DNA of 64,000 bases from Chiloscyllium plagiosum (taxonomy: Eukaryota). The notes under the pieces are model-generated. The model saw only the letters and a program-made list of their open reading frames with translations. It had not been told where the DNA came from and did not search any database. The position numbers and the translations under genes are program-made. Numbering within the stretch: the first letter of the stretch is position 1; every line of letters begins with the position of its first letter. This document shows, piece by piece, positions 25,565-37,925 of the stretch. The stretch is from positions 31,408,048-31,472,047 of the forward strand of contig NC_057732.1 of assembly GCF_004010195.1 (NCBI RefSeq), given 5' to 3'.

Positions 25565-27003
25565 AGAGTCATAGAATCATAGAGATGTACAGCATGGAAA
25601 GAGACCCTTCGGTCCAACCCGTCCATGCCGACCAGATATCCCAACTCAATCGAGTCCCACCTGCTAGCACCCGGTCCATATCCTCCAAATCCTTCCTATT
25701 CATAGACCCATTCAAATGCCTCTTAAATGTTGCAATTGTACCAGCCTCCACCACTTCCTCTGGCAGCTCATTCTGTACACGTACCACCCTCTGTGTGAAA
25801 AGGTTGCCCCTTAGGTCTCTTTTATATCTTTCCCCTCTCACCCTAAACTTATGACCTCTAGTTCTGGACACCCCCACACCAGGGAAAAGACTTTATCTAT
25901 TTACCCTATCCATGCCCCAGCCTGTTCAGCCTCTCCCGATAACTCAAATCCTCCAACCCTGGCAACATCCTGTAAATCTTTTCTGAACCTTTTCAAGTTT
26001 CACAACATCCTTCCAATAGGAAGGAGACCAGAATTGCACGCAATATTCCAACAGTGGCCCAACCAACGTCCTGTACAGCCGCAACATGACCTCCCAATTC
26101 CTGTACTTAATACTCAGACCAATAACGCAAAGCATACCAAACTCCTTCTTCACTATCCTATCTACCAGCGACTCCACTTTCAAGGAGCTATGAACCTGCA
26201 CTCCAAGGTCTCTTTGTTCAGCAACACTCCTGAGGACCTTACCATTAAGATTAGATTAGATTAAATTACTTACAGTGTGGAAGCAGGCCTTCGTCCCAAC
26301 AAGTCCACACTGACCCTCTGAAGAGCAACCCACACAGACCCATTCCCCTACATTTACCCCTTCAGCTAACACTATGGGCAATTTAGCATGGCGAATTCAC
26401 CTAACCTGCACATTTTTGGACTGTGGGAGGAAACTGGAGCACCCAGAGGAAACCCACACAGACACGGGGAGAATGTGCAAACTCCACACAGATAGTTGCC
26501 TGAGGCGGGAATTGAACCCGGGTCTCTGGCACTGTGGGGCAGCAGTGCTAACCACTGTGGCACCACGCCGCCCGTAAGTGTATACGTCCTGCTAAGATTT
26601 GCTTTCCCAAAATGCAACACCTTGCATTTATCTGAATTAAACTCCATCTGCCACTTCTCAGCCCATTGGTACATCTGGTCAAGATCCTGTTGTAATCCTA
26701 GGTAACCTTCTTCACTGTCCACTACACCTCCAATTTTGGTGTCATCTGCAAACTTACTAACTGTACCTCTTATGCTCGCATCCAAATTATTTATATAAAT
26801 GACAAAATGTAGAGGACTCAGCATCGATCCTTGTGGCACTCCACTAGTCACAGGCCTCCAGTCTGAAAAACTACTCTCCACCACCACCACCCTCTCTCTT
26901 CTACCTTTGAGCCAGTTCTGTATCCAAATGGCTAGTTCTCCCCATACTCTGTGAGATCTAACCTTGCTAATCAATCTCCCATGGGGAACCTTGTCAAACA
27001 TCT
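25565..27003 (-). mobile_element. CR1/HER1 LINE, 5'-truncated, with nested HE1 SINE
   Basis: FDKVPHGRL...GVPQGS...FADDTKIGG...; (ctatga)n tail; short internal deletion near 25915. Confidence 0.92.
26250..26573 (-). mobile_element. Full-length HE1 SINE inside the LINE
   Basis: tRNA-derived head GGGCGGCGTGGTGCCACAGTGGTTAGC...GGTTCAATTCC (A/B boxes), (aatct)n tail, taag repeated on both flanks. Confidence 0.92.
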
Positions 27004-28392
27004 TGCAGGTTGTATTCCATTGTTATGTAAATTAATTCAATGACCTTCTTTATTAAGTGAAAGCTAACCAAATTTTATTCTTTTTTTCAGAGAGAAGTAG
27101 CAGAGTGAATGCACTACCTTAATAGGATTAACCACACTATTTCCATGGCACAGGATGCTATTACAAAACGCCATTATATTGTTTTGTGGACACTGCATGT
27201 CAGATTTGCCTGTACCAGAACTCCCTCAAAGCCTAACTGAGTTGCAATCTTACATAGAAACCCATGCAGTTCAACACTCAGAAACCTGCCAACAGTCATG
27301 ATGCCTTCATACTGCAGCAGTACTACATTTGAGCCACTGTCATAGATCAAAGCTGGCTACAAAGATTACAAAGTGAATCCTTTGACCTCATGTGCAATGT
27401 TCAATTCATGCACATTTGTGCAATGCACATACAATGAAAACAATGCTGCAACACAAAATATGATGGAGCAGATATTCAACTTCAAAATGAATTCTGAAAC
27501 TTCAGCCAACTGCATCCACCTGAATATGAACTCCTACTGAAAAGAAGCTTCACTAGGCACTAACGTTCTGGACTCAGACAAAGATCAAAAGAATTAATAT
27601 CCATATGATTAATTCATAAGTTATTCTGAATTACAACCTGTTTCCTTTCCTTCTATTCTGTGTGAGTAGGTGTGATTTCACATGTGTGTGAGCTCATCTC
27701 CAAGTTTAATTTCATAAATAAACCACCTTTTTGTTTTCACCTTAAATCCGAGTTTAAGGTTGACCATTTAAAACTTAAACTTCACAAAGAAGGGTTGGAG
27801 GAGGGACAAAAACGTAGTCTCTTTCAAAAGAGAAAAAAAAGAAAAATTTTAAAAACTATGCTATGGATTAGAGAAGAAAAATAAAACAATTCAATTTGCG
27901 TTTCTCAATTACAGAAATCGTATGCTTGTCTGAAATCAAATCCATTACAAACAAGACAAAACAAGACAAAATCTGACCCAAATCCAAATCTAAGAAATAT
28001 AGCTGAATTTGACACTAAAAAAACTAGAAGCTAAGAGAAAAAATTCAGTGGCTGAAAAGATCTTTCAAAACAATAAACATTATGCACCAAATTTCTTTAA
28101 TCTAATACTACAGTAATGGTAGACAGAGAAGAGTTAACTGGCAAATCCTGAGCATCATTAAGATCAGGACAGTTAGATGTTATGATTAGGAGGTAATAGA
28201 GATTTTTAAAAATCCTTCGAAGTCAAAATGATGTGCTTTATTCAAGATGCTGATCAAACGTTTGGGTCTCATTCCATATCTGGAACAGCTAGAAGAATAC
28301 AGAACTGATTGGAGTACCTTACCAAGAGTAATAAGCCTAGCCAAGAAATGACTGATAAACATAATAAAAAGGAAGCAATAGCCAGAGTTTCA

Positions 28393-28393
<1 letters not shown>

Positions 28394-28424
<31 letters not shown>
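28394..28424. repeat. (GA)n microsatellite
   Basis: Read directly. Confidence 0.9.
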
Positions 28425-29824
28425 TTTCTAAAGAGCACAAGCTTTTCACCAAAAAAAATGCTGGACATTAAAAGCTGAACAGAGAAATATATAGAGAGAA
28501 AGAGAATATGTAAGTTGAGCAAGAATTAACTTTTCATCAAAAGATGTAAGTAAGGAAATTAAAAGTCCAAAAAAAGTCTGAAATGATGCAGAAAATGGTA
28601 GTTTGATTATTAGGGAATGGGTTGGTCTGACCCTGGCACTGTGCCAATGGGTTTCCAGAAAAGTCCAAAGAGAATACAAAAATGGAAGAGAACCAGAAGG
28701 GTTCTGTTCAGCCACTGAGAACTGCAGAAGCCTCAAAGATCCTTAAGGGATGAAAGATCCAATAAATATTGGGAAAACAATATGGGAATTTAAAGAGGCT
28801 GAGCCAGAGTCTGACAGATTTGAGGAGTTCAGGATATAACTCACAGGAATCAAAAGGGCCAGAAAAGAGCCTATTGAATCTAAGAGTCAGGATGGAACCC
28901 AGGAGATAGTTCAGAGAAGTTGTACAAACTAATCAGTTTCATAAATGTTCTGAGGGTTTCAGAAGGCTGGACTAATTCTAGTGGCCCTGCAAGAGGCTAA
29001 AGAATCTATCGAGATAGCCATCTGCATTTAAAAAGGCTGAAATCATACAAGCTAGAAGTGGTCAAGAAAGGATGCATGGATCTCAAAAGTAATGAAAAGA
29101 TTAAGCCAGAAATTGAGTTGGCAATCACCTTCTTCCCTGGGGAAATCATTACCCTGTAAGTATGACCATTACTTACAACTGTTCAAAAGGCAGTTCAAGT
29201 GTCGTCAATAACTCCCAGCCATTCAAAACTGGTGCGCAGTACTTTGATTTAGAAACCAGAGGGAGGTAAACATGCTGGTATGACAGCAGCACAGATTGAA
29301 AGAGATACAGCCAAACTGTGACTAGTGGAATCTTTCTTCCCAGGGAAATCTAGAGGAACTGAAAATTCCCAAACCCAGCCAGAAAATTTGAAAGGAAGGA
29401 AGCCTTGTTGGAGAGCAGGAGTCAGGCCAACTGAAACTGTTTTTCCGTATTTAGAGGGTGATTAAGAGGTTTCAAATATCCCACAACTGATGAGCAAGCT
29501 ACGTTACCTTGATTTAAAAGAAAAGGAGCCTGTACCCTGCTGATCAGAAGGTCTGGCTAGTTAAAACTTTACAATATTTAGAGGTAGATTTGGGAACTTC
29601 CCAAATTAGATTCACAGTTGGTGTTAAACTTGCCTTGCCCAAACTGACAGGAGTCTGTGCCCTGATAATGAACAGTATAATGACTGGCTATCCAAATTAG
29701 CTATTTCAAAGACACATAGAGAGACCTGGGAAATTCAAATATAAACCCATAGCTGGTGAACAAGCTGCCTTACCCAGTGGAAGTTGTAGAGCGAGCAGTT
29801 AAAAGTTCTATAAACAGCGTTGCC

Positions 29825-30117
29825 ATAGAATCAGAGAATCATAGAATCCCTTCAACGTGGAAACAGGCCCTTCAGCCCAACAAGTCCTCCGAAGAGTAAC
29901 CCACCCAGACCCATTCCCCTACCCTATATTTACCCCTGACTAATGCACCTAACCCAATATCCCTGAACACTAGGGGCAATTTAGCACAGCCAAATCACCT
30001 AACTTGCACATCTTTGGACTGTGGAAGGAAACTATAGCACTAGAGGAAACCCACGCAGTCAGAGGGAGAATGTGCAAACTCCACACAGACAGTCAGCCAA
30101 AGCTGGAATTGAACCCC
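29825..30117 (-). mobile_element. HE1-type SINE, 5'-truncated
   Basis: Same body as 26250-26573; different (attctat)-like tail. Confidence 0.85.
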
Positions 30118-32419
30118 AAAGAATATGAGCAGAACAAGGATAAAGAAACAAGGCAGAAAAAATTGAAAGGAGAATAGTCCATACTCCTGCTGGATGTACA
30201 GCAGGTCTAGTTGGTCAATATAATATTTTCAGATTTAGAGAGAGAACAGGAAATTCCCAGATAGACATGGTGAGGTAGATACCTCAGAGCTGCAGAGCAA
30301 TGCAGCACAGCTGGACAGCTAACTGAAGGCAGTAGCATTCTAAAGGTATTGAGGATGCATGCCTACTCAAAGTAACCAAACACGGAAAGTTAACACCCCC
30401 GGGATTCTATCACACTTGTGACAACCACAAAGGAGTTCGATATGGCCGAGTAACAATATTGATTGACTATTAATTCAGAAACCCAGGAAATGTTCTGGGG
30501 AGTTGGATACAAATCTGACTATGGCAGATGGTGGAATTTGAATTCAATAAAGTATGCAATTAGGAGTCTAATAACGACCATGACACCATTGTCCACAGTT
30601 TGGGAAAACCCATCTGGTTCACCAATGTGCCTAAATGTAACTCCATACCCACAGCAATGTGGTTGAGTCTTACTTACCTTCTGGGCAATAAATGCTGTTC
30701 AAGCTAGTGAAAGAACTTTAAAAAGTGTAGAGTTAAAAGAAATCAAACACAAAGCGCCGTATGTCTGCTGGAGCGAGCCAAGTGCAGTCAACTGAGAAGG
30801 AGGGACTGGAGGCTTCCCCATTTGAACCTCTGACTGCCAGGCTGGCTGACACTGGCGTCTTGGACGTAAATGCCCAGTTAGCACTGCTGGCCAAACAGCA
30901 GTGGGAAGATGTAGCCACCTTGTTTGGGAAATTGAAAAAAAAACATTGTGTAGATAAGGCCTATTTCAGCAAAACTAACCTTTTAAAAGGCTACTGGCAA
31001 GACCCATTTTTTCTCAGATCAAGAGAAAGCTCAACATTTTTTCACCAAGGCAGACTTATACCAGAGCAAGGTCATATTTTTTGGCCTTGAAAATGCCCTA
31101 GCAGTCTTTTAGAGGTGAACAAAATATGATTAGTTAGTTTGTTAACTAGTTCTTACTTAATTTGATGGTTTACAGAACCAAAAATAAAACCACAAGTGGA
31201 ACAGGGAAATGCTAAGAGCATTTTACAAAAACAAGATTGAAAGCGTCCAAGCAGCCTTGTAACCTTTGAATTTCCTAGAAAGTGAAAAGCAGCCAATTGC
31301 AGATTGTTTCACTGAACGTGTTTGTTGTCAGTTTCTTGTTACATCCGCTCTTTGTCTGTTTGACTTTCAAGAGTGAATCATATACCTCTTTGTTTCTGCA
31401 AGAAAAAATGCTAAGAAAATTGAATTTGCTTTCTTCTCTGAAAGCAGGAGGAATATCGTTTCCACAAGTGATGTAGAAAGACCATAACTTGTTTTAAAAG
31501 CTATAGTTCCTTGTTTAATTTTTAAAATGGGCTTTGCCCAGTCTCTACCAATCACATTATGCAAGTTGACTACATCCATGACACAGCCAGTGCTCAGATC
31601 ACCTTCATGGAATTTCACATTTTTCTGTTGTGATCATTGTAGTCAAACCAACACAAAAGAAAAGGCAATGCAGTGTCTCCCTAGCAGGGATTGAGAAAAT
31701 TGAAACTCATTATGCTTGAAATGGCACTAATGCAATGAATTGTATAAAGCAATAGTTTTAGCCTACGGCATTTAAGATTGACCTCTTAATACTTGAGATA
31801 ATAATAATTCCATTTATCTCCTAAGTGAAGACTGGAACCTGGCTATGTGGATAGAAACTAATTGTTTGGAGACTTATTCAGGAACATTTATATGTTCAAA
31901 CATCCACTCCACATCCACTCCACCCTACCCCAGAGAGGTTAACTGTAATCTGCTGCTTCAGTCTGGTAAGAATCTAGTTATTTGCTAATACTGTCTGTTT
32001 GTTAACATTGAGACTCTCAGCAGGAAATCTAAAAGGAAGCATTTTACTTGTAAAGAGTGCAGATGTAGGATTATGCTTCATAGTAACTTCTAGTAAACAG
32101 TTAAACTTGGTAAAAGGAAATATATTTCTAGGCTTCTGGTTAATTGTTCCTTTTTAAGTGTATTTATTTACTGTATTTTTTTTCTTCTGCTGCCCAACAT
32201 GCCAATCCTGCCTGGAAGTTTGGGTGGAGATCATAGGGCTAGTTGGAGTAAGTGAGGTACAAGAATGAAATCTCCCAGTCCTTTCTGCTGGTCCATATGA
32301 ATCCTGCCTAGATGGTGTGAGCAAAAAGGAAAAGAAGTAATATGATTTTTTTTAAAAACCTCTATTTATGGTCAGAAGAAGAGAATTCAACTTACTCTCT
32401 CCCCTGTCAATAACAGGGT

Positions 32420-33085
32420 TTAGTTTGTGTACTGCTTGCCTGAGTTAGAATGTTGTAGGTTCAAAAACTTAGATGAGGAGGAATTTCTTTACTCAATGTG
32501 ACAAACTATTGGAATTCTTTACCTCAGTGAGTCATGAAAGTTCAATCATTGAGCATATGCAAGACAGAAATTGAAAGATTTCTGGGGATTGCTGAGTTGA
32601 AGGAATAAGGAGGTAGTAAGGCAAAGAAGTGGTGGATGACCAACTGAATGACGTGGAGCAGGCCAGATAGCTGAATGACCTGCTCCTGTTCCTCTGCCCT
32701 AAGCCAGGACTAAAATGGAAAAAGCTAGGCTGGCACTCCAGTGCTGTATTGAGGAAGCATTGCACTGCCAGATGTTTTTGCTTTTTGAATGAGGCATTAA
32801 TCTGTGGTCTCCCTTGCCCTCACAGATGCACGTAAAGGATCCCACAGCACTAAATTGAAGATGAGCACAGGAGTCATTCCAATGTCCTGACCAATGTATA
32901 TTTCTCAACCAGCACATCACAGAAACAGATTAGTTGGTCATTATTAAATTGTTGTCTTGAGAAGCTGGCTACCACAGAGCCTACATTTTAAGACTTATTA
33001 AACCTTAAAAGTATTTTAAATGTTGTGAAGCACTTTGGATGGCCAGTTGTGATGAAAGGCACTATATAAATGCAAGGCTTTCTAT
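32420..33085 (+). mobile_element. Deu-domain SINE (SacSINE1/AmnSINE1-like) split by a CR1 3' fragment (~32468-32697)
   Basis: ctaggctggcactccagtgc.gtattgagg...gtaaaggatccca.agcacta...tgaaaggcactatataaatgcaag. Confidence 0.75.
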
Positions 33086-33371
33086 TCTTTTCTAAAATCT
33101 ACCAACCACTTGAAGAATCAAACCAACAACCATAGAGGTGGAACAGCAATGAACTTCTAAATATTTGATGATCCCATTGACCTATCACTGGTGAGGTGAT
33201 TCTTCCTTTTGCTGCTTGCAAATTAATTGTGTGAGTTTACAAGATGAGATTTGCTGGAATGTTGAGTTCTAAACTGGTAGAGCTAACATGACATTATGTG
33301 TTTGGTTTGTATGGTTCCAAGTGATGGTACAATATTTATACATTAATAACCTCTCAATGTCATATTGTGTG

Positions 33372-33690
33372 TCATAGAACCATACAGGTCGACAACACAG
33401 AAAAAGGATTTTCGCCAATCAAGTCTGCACTGGTCAAAAATAAGTAGCTAATTATTTTAATCCCATTTTCCAGCACTTGACCCAGCACTTTGTATGCCCT
33501 GGCATCACAATTGCACATCTAAATACTTCTCAAATGTTATGATGTTTTCTGCTCTACTACTGTTATAGTGAATTCCAGATACCCATCACCTTCATTTCCC
33601 CTCTAAACATCCTGCCCCTTATCTTAAATCTACAATACTGGTCTTTGATCTCTCCATCGAGAGGAAAAGTTCTTTCCTGTTTGCCCCAAA
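33372..33690 (-). mobile_element. CR1 3' fragment
   Basis: RFKIRGRMFRGEM...IWNSL remnant; catagaaccata tail. Confidence 0.7.
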
Positions 33691-33875
33691 AATGCACATG
33701 TATGGTGCATAAACCATTTTGGTTACCTGTTGTGTCCAAAAAATTCACTACAGATCAAATCTCTGGCACACTTGCCTGCAACAGAAATGTGTAGTATACA
33801 TACTTAAAGCAGAAAAACAGCATTTACATTCTGTTAAATATAAAATGTTCCGCCATACTGTTTAGTAACTGAAGT

Positions 33876-34065
33876 AATTTTCATTTCATGTAGGCAGGCT
33901 AAGTGACTGTCAATAATGAAGAGTGACAGATAGATATCACAACTGAACGCCCACCTACAATATTAATATCCTTAGCAGCTTGAACAGTGACTTCCTGTTA
34001 GTCAGTGCTGGGGTACTGACAGCACAGCATTACTTCTAACAACTATAAAGCATTTTCACTTCACT
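33876..34065 (+). promoter_or_regulatory. FGL2 proximal promoter: TATA (TATAAAG 34044-34050), ETS (ACTTCCTG 33990-33997), GC/GT box (CGCCCACC ~33948-33955), IRF-E-like TTTCATTTC (~33879-33887)
   Basis: Motifs read directly; TATA lies 36 nt upstream of the ATG. Confidence 0.65.
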
Positions 34066-34079
34066 GTTAGTGGAACATA

Positions 34080-34671
34080 ATGAAGACTGCTGTTGCATTT
34101 GTTTTCTTGAATATTGGATTAATTCTATGTATTGAGGCTTCTGTGGAATACAGCAATACCAGCAGATTCACAAATTCCAGAAAACAAAATGAAAATGGAG
34201 CCTGTGCCATCCAGCTGAAGCGCACAGAGTGTGATGAAGATGAAGTCTGTAGTTATAAGGTCAACCTTCCACCTCTCACCGTTCAGCTTCCCAAAGAGAC
34301 AAAACTCCTCAAACAGACCATCAAACAAGTGAAAAGTCTAACAGCAACAGTCAATAAGATGAAGAATAGGTGGCTGGAAGCAAAACAGAAAAAGCCTATT
34401 AGTCATAAGCAAGCTACTGGAGATATAGAAGATGGAAGGAAGGATACCAAGAGAATATCATTGTTGGAGGAAAAAATTATTAAGCTAACAGGTTTATTAC
34501 AGAAAGCCAGAAATCAAATCAATGTGCTTCAGGGTCGTTTAGAAAAGATAAGTATTCTGAATATGGACAATGTTTTGCACTATATTGACAATGAGCTTTC
34601 AAAAATTAACTACACAGTGAATACATTGAACAACAAGTGTTCTACAACTTGTGAAGCTCAAGGTCAACAAG
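34080..34671 (+). CDS. FGL2: Fibroleukin / fibrinogen-like protein 2, exon 1 (signal peptide + coiled coil)
   Basis: Hydrophobic signal peptide; C-x-Y-x-V-x-LPPLTVQLPK, INVLQGRLEK and LNMDNV match recalled FGL2; donor CAA G|gtaagt, phase 1. Confidence 0.96.
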
Positions 34672-35249
34672 GTAAGTTAATCCATGTGTGAAATATAGAA
34701 TACAAAACTATAAAAAATACCAACAATCAAAGTTTCTAAGATTTTCCTAACTTTTCCTCTATTATAAATAGATGTAAACTTGAAATTCTAGCATTATACT
34801 TTAATGGACAAATTGAACAATGCAATACTTCGGTTCATGAATTTTAAATATACTATATAATGAAAAACTTTATTACTTGATAAACTGTCAAATATTAGGA
34901 TATCTAATATGATTTTCCAAATTTTTAATTTTCAAATTCAACTAGAATTTGCTGTAATATGTAAAAAGTATATAATATACTGTAATATACATTTTGTAAA
35001 ATACTATTAATTGTGTTTTGCTTTCATTAAATTGTTGTTATAATGTCACTTATAAATTCCTAATCATCACTCCCTTTCACTTTTTAAGTAAGCTTGTTTG
35101 GTTGGTCATTCTTTCTGAATTAACTAGTGATAATGAGTAGGGAGTTTCTTGCTAGTCTTAAACAGTGAACTGATACAAATTAAATATTTCAATAATGCAT
35201 GTGTTTCCATCAGCTAAAAATTATCTCTACCTGATTCATTTTAATGTCA

Positions 35250-35489
35250 GAAACCAAAACAGAAATTGATGGAAAAATTCAGGAGGTCTGGCAGCATCTG
35301 TGGAGAGAAATCGATTAACATTTCAGGTCCAGTGTCCCTTCCTCAGAGGAAGGTTTCTGAGGAAAGGTCACTAGACCTGAAATGTTAACTCTGATTTCGC
35401 TCCGCCAATGCTGTCTGACCTGCTCAGCTTTTCCAGCAATTTCTGCTTTTGTTTCTGATTTACAGCATCCAAAGTTCTTTTGGTTTTTA
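35250..35489. mobile_element. Penelope pLTR hairpin in the FGL2 intron, with two oppositely oriented hammerhead cores and a 12-bp TSD
   Basis: ~100-bp arms; TSD attttaatgtca at 35238-35249 and 35490-35501; plus-strand CUGAGGA-A-AGGUC(ACUA)GACCU-GAAAUGUU at 35357-35386. Confidence 0.85.
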
Positions 35490-36737
35490 ATTTTAATGTC
35501 AATTGCATTGGATTTTTTGTGAGTTTCATCACAGCAAATTAATGTGAACATTCATAAATGGAAACATTTTGTACATTAAATTACCATGCTTTCTACTTGT
35601 AATAATATAGTTTAGAATTTCTGGAGAACATTAACCTTACTTAAATCATGACCTATTTTTTGCAATGTTGTAAACTTGCAGATGTTTACCATGCTGCAAG
35701 TCACATTATCAGGTAAGTGTAAGATTGCCTGAGCTGAGGGCCTGATTTCAACTCTGGATATGATTCATATGGACAAGCAGCGAGGATAGAAGATTGCACT
35801 CACAGACTTCATGTAGTCCTGTGATCTCCCACCCAAAACTGCCAGGCATGTTTGGCATGTTAGACAATGGAAAAAAAGTGAATAAATATACTTAAAAAGA
35901 AACAAATTACTAAGAAGGCCAAAGATGACACTTCCGTTTGCTGAGGTTATCTGCTTACTAAAGATTACTGTAAAACATATCCTATATCCACTCTCTTTAT
36001 AAATGAAATGCCTCTTTTTTAGATTAACTGTGAACTGAAACTATTAATACTAAAAAATATCTCGAGGCCTAGAGGTACCAAATTGCACATCACATCTTGT
36101 TTATATTTAATTGCAGAAATTGCTTCAATTAATTTCCCCTATTTGCAGAAGTCCAATTATATTTGAATCAAGGAGTCATCTTTCTCTTTAAAACTGTTGG
36201 CAAATTTTGCTCTGTTTACAGACACAATTAGTTTGTTTTATTTGTTTTGTATAAGTGCATAACTTGTGTATCAAGTTATGCTTGTCAAGTATTACTTGTC
36301 AAACATGGTTTTGTCAGCACTGGGTTGGTTTAAAACCACAGAAATAGGGAAGTAATTTGGCAACATAGCATTTACAGTACAGATAAATAAGATACTATTA
36401 ATTATGAGTAAAGAACTGAGAAAAAGGTGCATTTTGTGCTTTTTGAGTAACCATTTATGAATGTTTTCTAAATCATCTCATTGTTAGGGAAGTAGAATTC
36501 TGAAACAACTAAAACACTGATCACCATCAATTAAGGTTTTGCTTAAGAATTTACTAAGATCTGTATGGTACCTGCTTGTTTAAAAAGACATTTGTAATAG
36601 AAGGTTTCTCCTTTCTGAGTGTGTTATATTTAATATTGAGAAAGATTGCTATAATATATACTTATTAATAGCTCATCATTAAAGCTGGTATGAAATAAAA
36701 AGGAAAATTAATGACGTAGTTCTATACTTTCTTTCAG

Positions 36738-37447
36738 CCACAAAATATCCTCAAGATTGCTCAGATTATTATTACAACTTAAAAGAACGGAAAAGCGGTA
36801 TCTATGTAATTGGTGAAAGCTTGAATGAAAGGTTTTCAGTTTATTGTGATATGGAAACTGAGAATGGAGGTTGGACAGTGGTGCAGAATCGTAAAGACGG
36901 TAGTGTTGATTTTAATCGCACTTGGGCTGAATACAAAAATGGTTTTGGGAATCTCTCGACAGAATTTTGGCTGGGAAATGACAAAATACATTTTTTGACA
37001 AAATCCAAGGAAATGATTTTAAGAATTGAATTGGAAGACTGGAACAGCATCAAAGAATATGCCTCTTATGATCAATTCTTCGTTGCAGATGAAGATCATT
37101 ATTATCGCCTGACTGTTAAGAATTTCTCAGGCACAGCTGGTGATGCACTGCATAATGGCAAGAATTACAACCATGATCAAAAATATTTCACCACCAAAGA
37201 TAAAGATAATGATAATTATTCTTCAGGTAACTGCGGGGCATATTATAGCTCTGGCTGGTGGTTTGATGCTTGCATGTCAGCCAATCTCAATGGCAAATAT
37301 TATAAAAAGTTCTACAGAGGCATACGAAATGGTATTTATTGGGGCACTTGGTACAATGCAGCAAATGAAATTCTGAATGGTTATCGTCATTCTTTTAAGT
37401 CAGTAAGAATGCTCATCAGGCCTAAGGCTTTTCGGCCACAGGTATGA
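36738..37447 (+). CDS. FGL2: FGL2 exon 2 (fibrinogen-related domain); spliced protein 433 aa
   Basis: Acceptor tactttctttcag|CC; YPQDCSDYY, VYCDME..GGWTV, EFWLGNDKIH.LTKSKEMILRI, GNCG.YYSSGWWFDAC.SANLNGKYY, MLIRPK; 592+710=1302 nt in frame to TGA. Confidence 0.97.
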
Positions 37448-37799
37448 GGTAACAATAATGCCAAAATATTTTAATGATGCTATTGGAGACCTTTCGCTAC
37501 ACAATCATTTTAAAAGCTGTATTCTACAGTATAACCTGCAATATTAGTAACACCCAGCTCTATTCTCTATCATTTCTGACAACCACTAGACTATTTCTAT
37601 AATGTCAGGATGCCTCTCCAAAATTAAATCATATGCATGTCAAAGCTTATTCCAGCCAAGCACCAGGAAGATTAAGTCATCGTTTCCTATCTCACTTTAT
37701 TCCTTTAACACCAACTTCAACTATATTCTCAATTATTTAATCAGGGTGATTCAAATTGTTCACACATCGATGTTTTGTTCAATCTAGCGCTTCAAACTC

Positions 37800-37925
37800 A
37801 TCTTTGAAGAAAGGCAATTTACCTGAAACATGAACTCTGTTTCTCTCTCCACAGATGCTGCAAGATCTGCTGAGTATCTCTCATCATTTTCTGTTGTATT
37901 CTCGCATTTGTAGTGCTTTCTTTTG
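37800..37925 (+). mobile_element. Degenerate Penelope pLTR fragment downstream of the FGL2 stop
   Basis: tgaaga..agg..cctgaaacatgaactctgtttctctctccacagatgctg. Confidence 0.6.

Larger units (their letters stand above)
27650..31300 (+). mobile_element. Decayed Gypsy LTR retrotransposon (boundaries approximate)
   Basis: RT remnant AYFSKTNLLKGYWQDP...F(G)LKNA at 30950-31110; purine-rich gag-like region upstream. Confidence 0.6.

Noticed and set aside
26500-26573. tRNA gene
   Set aside because: tRNA-derived head of an HE1 SINE (the same applies at 49528)
26372-27001. 209-aa ORF as a novel RT fusion protein
   Set aside because: Read-through from CR1 RT into an inserted HE1 SINE
27091-27300. Plus-strand exon after a strong acceptor
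   Set aside because: Stops early in the frames next to the acceptor, no donor and no recognisable homology
36821-37447. Stand-alone single-exon fibrinogen-domain gene
   Set aside because: Starts at TTG; it is exon 2 of FGL2 with an in-frame acceptor at 36738
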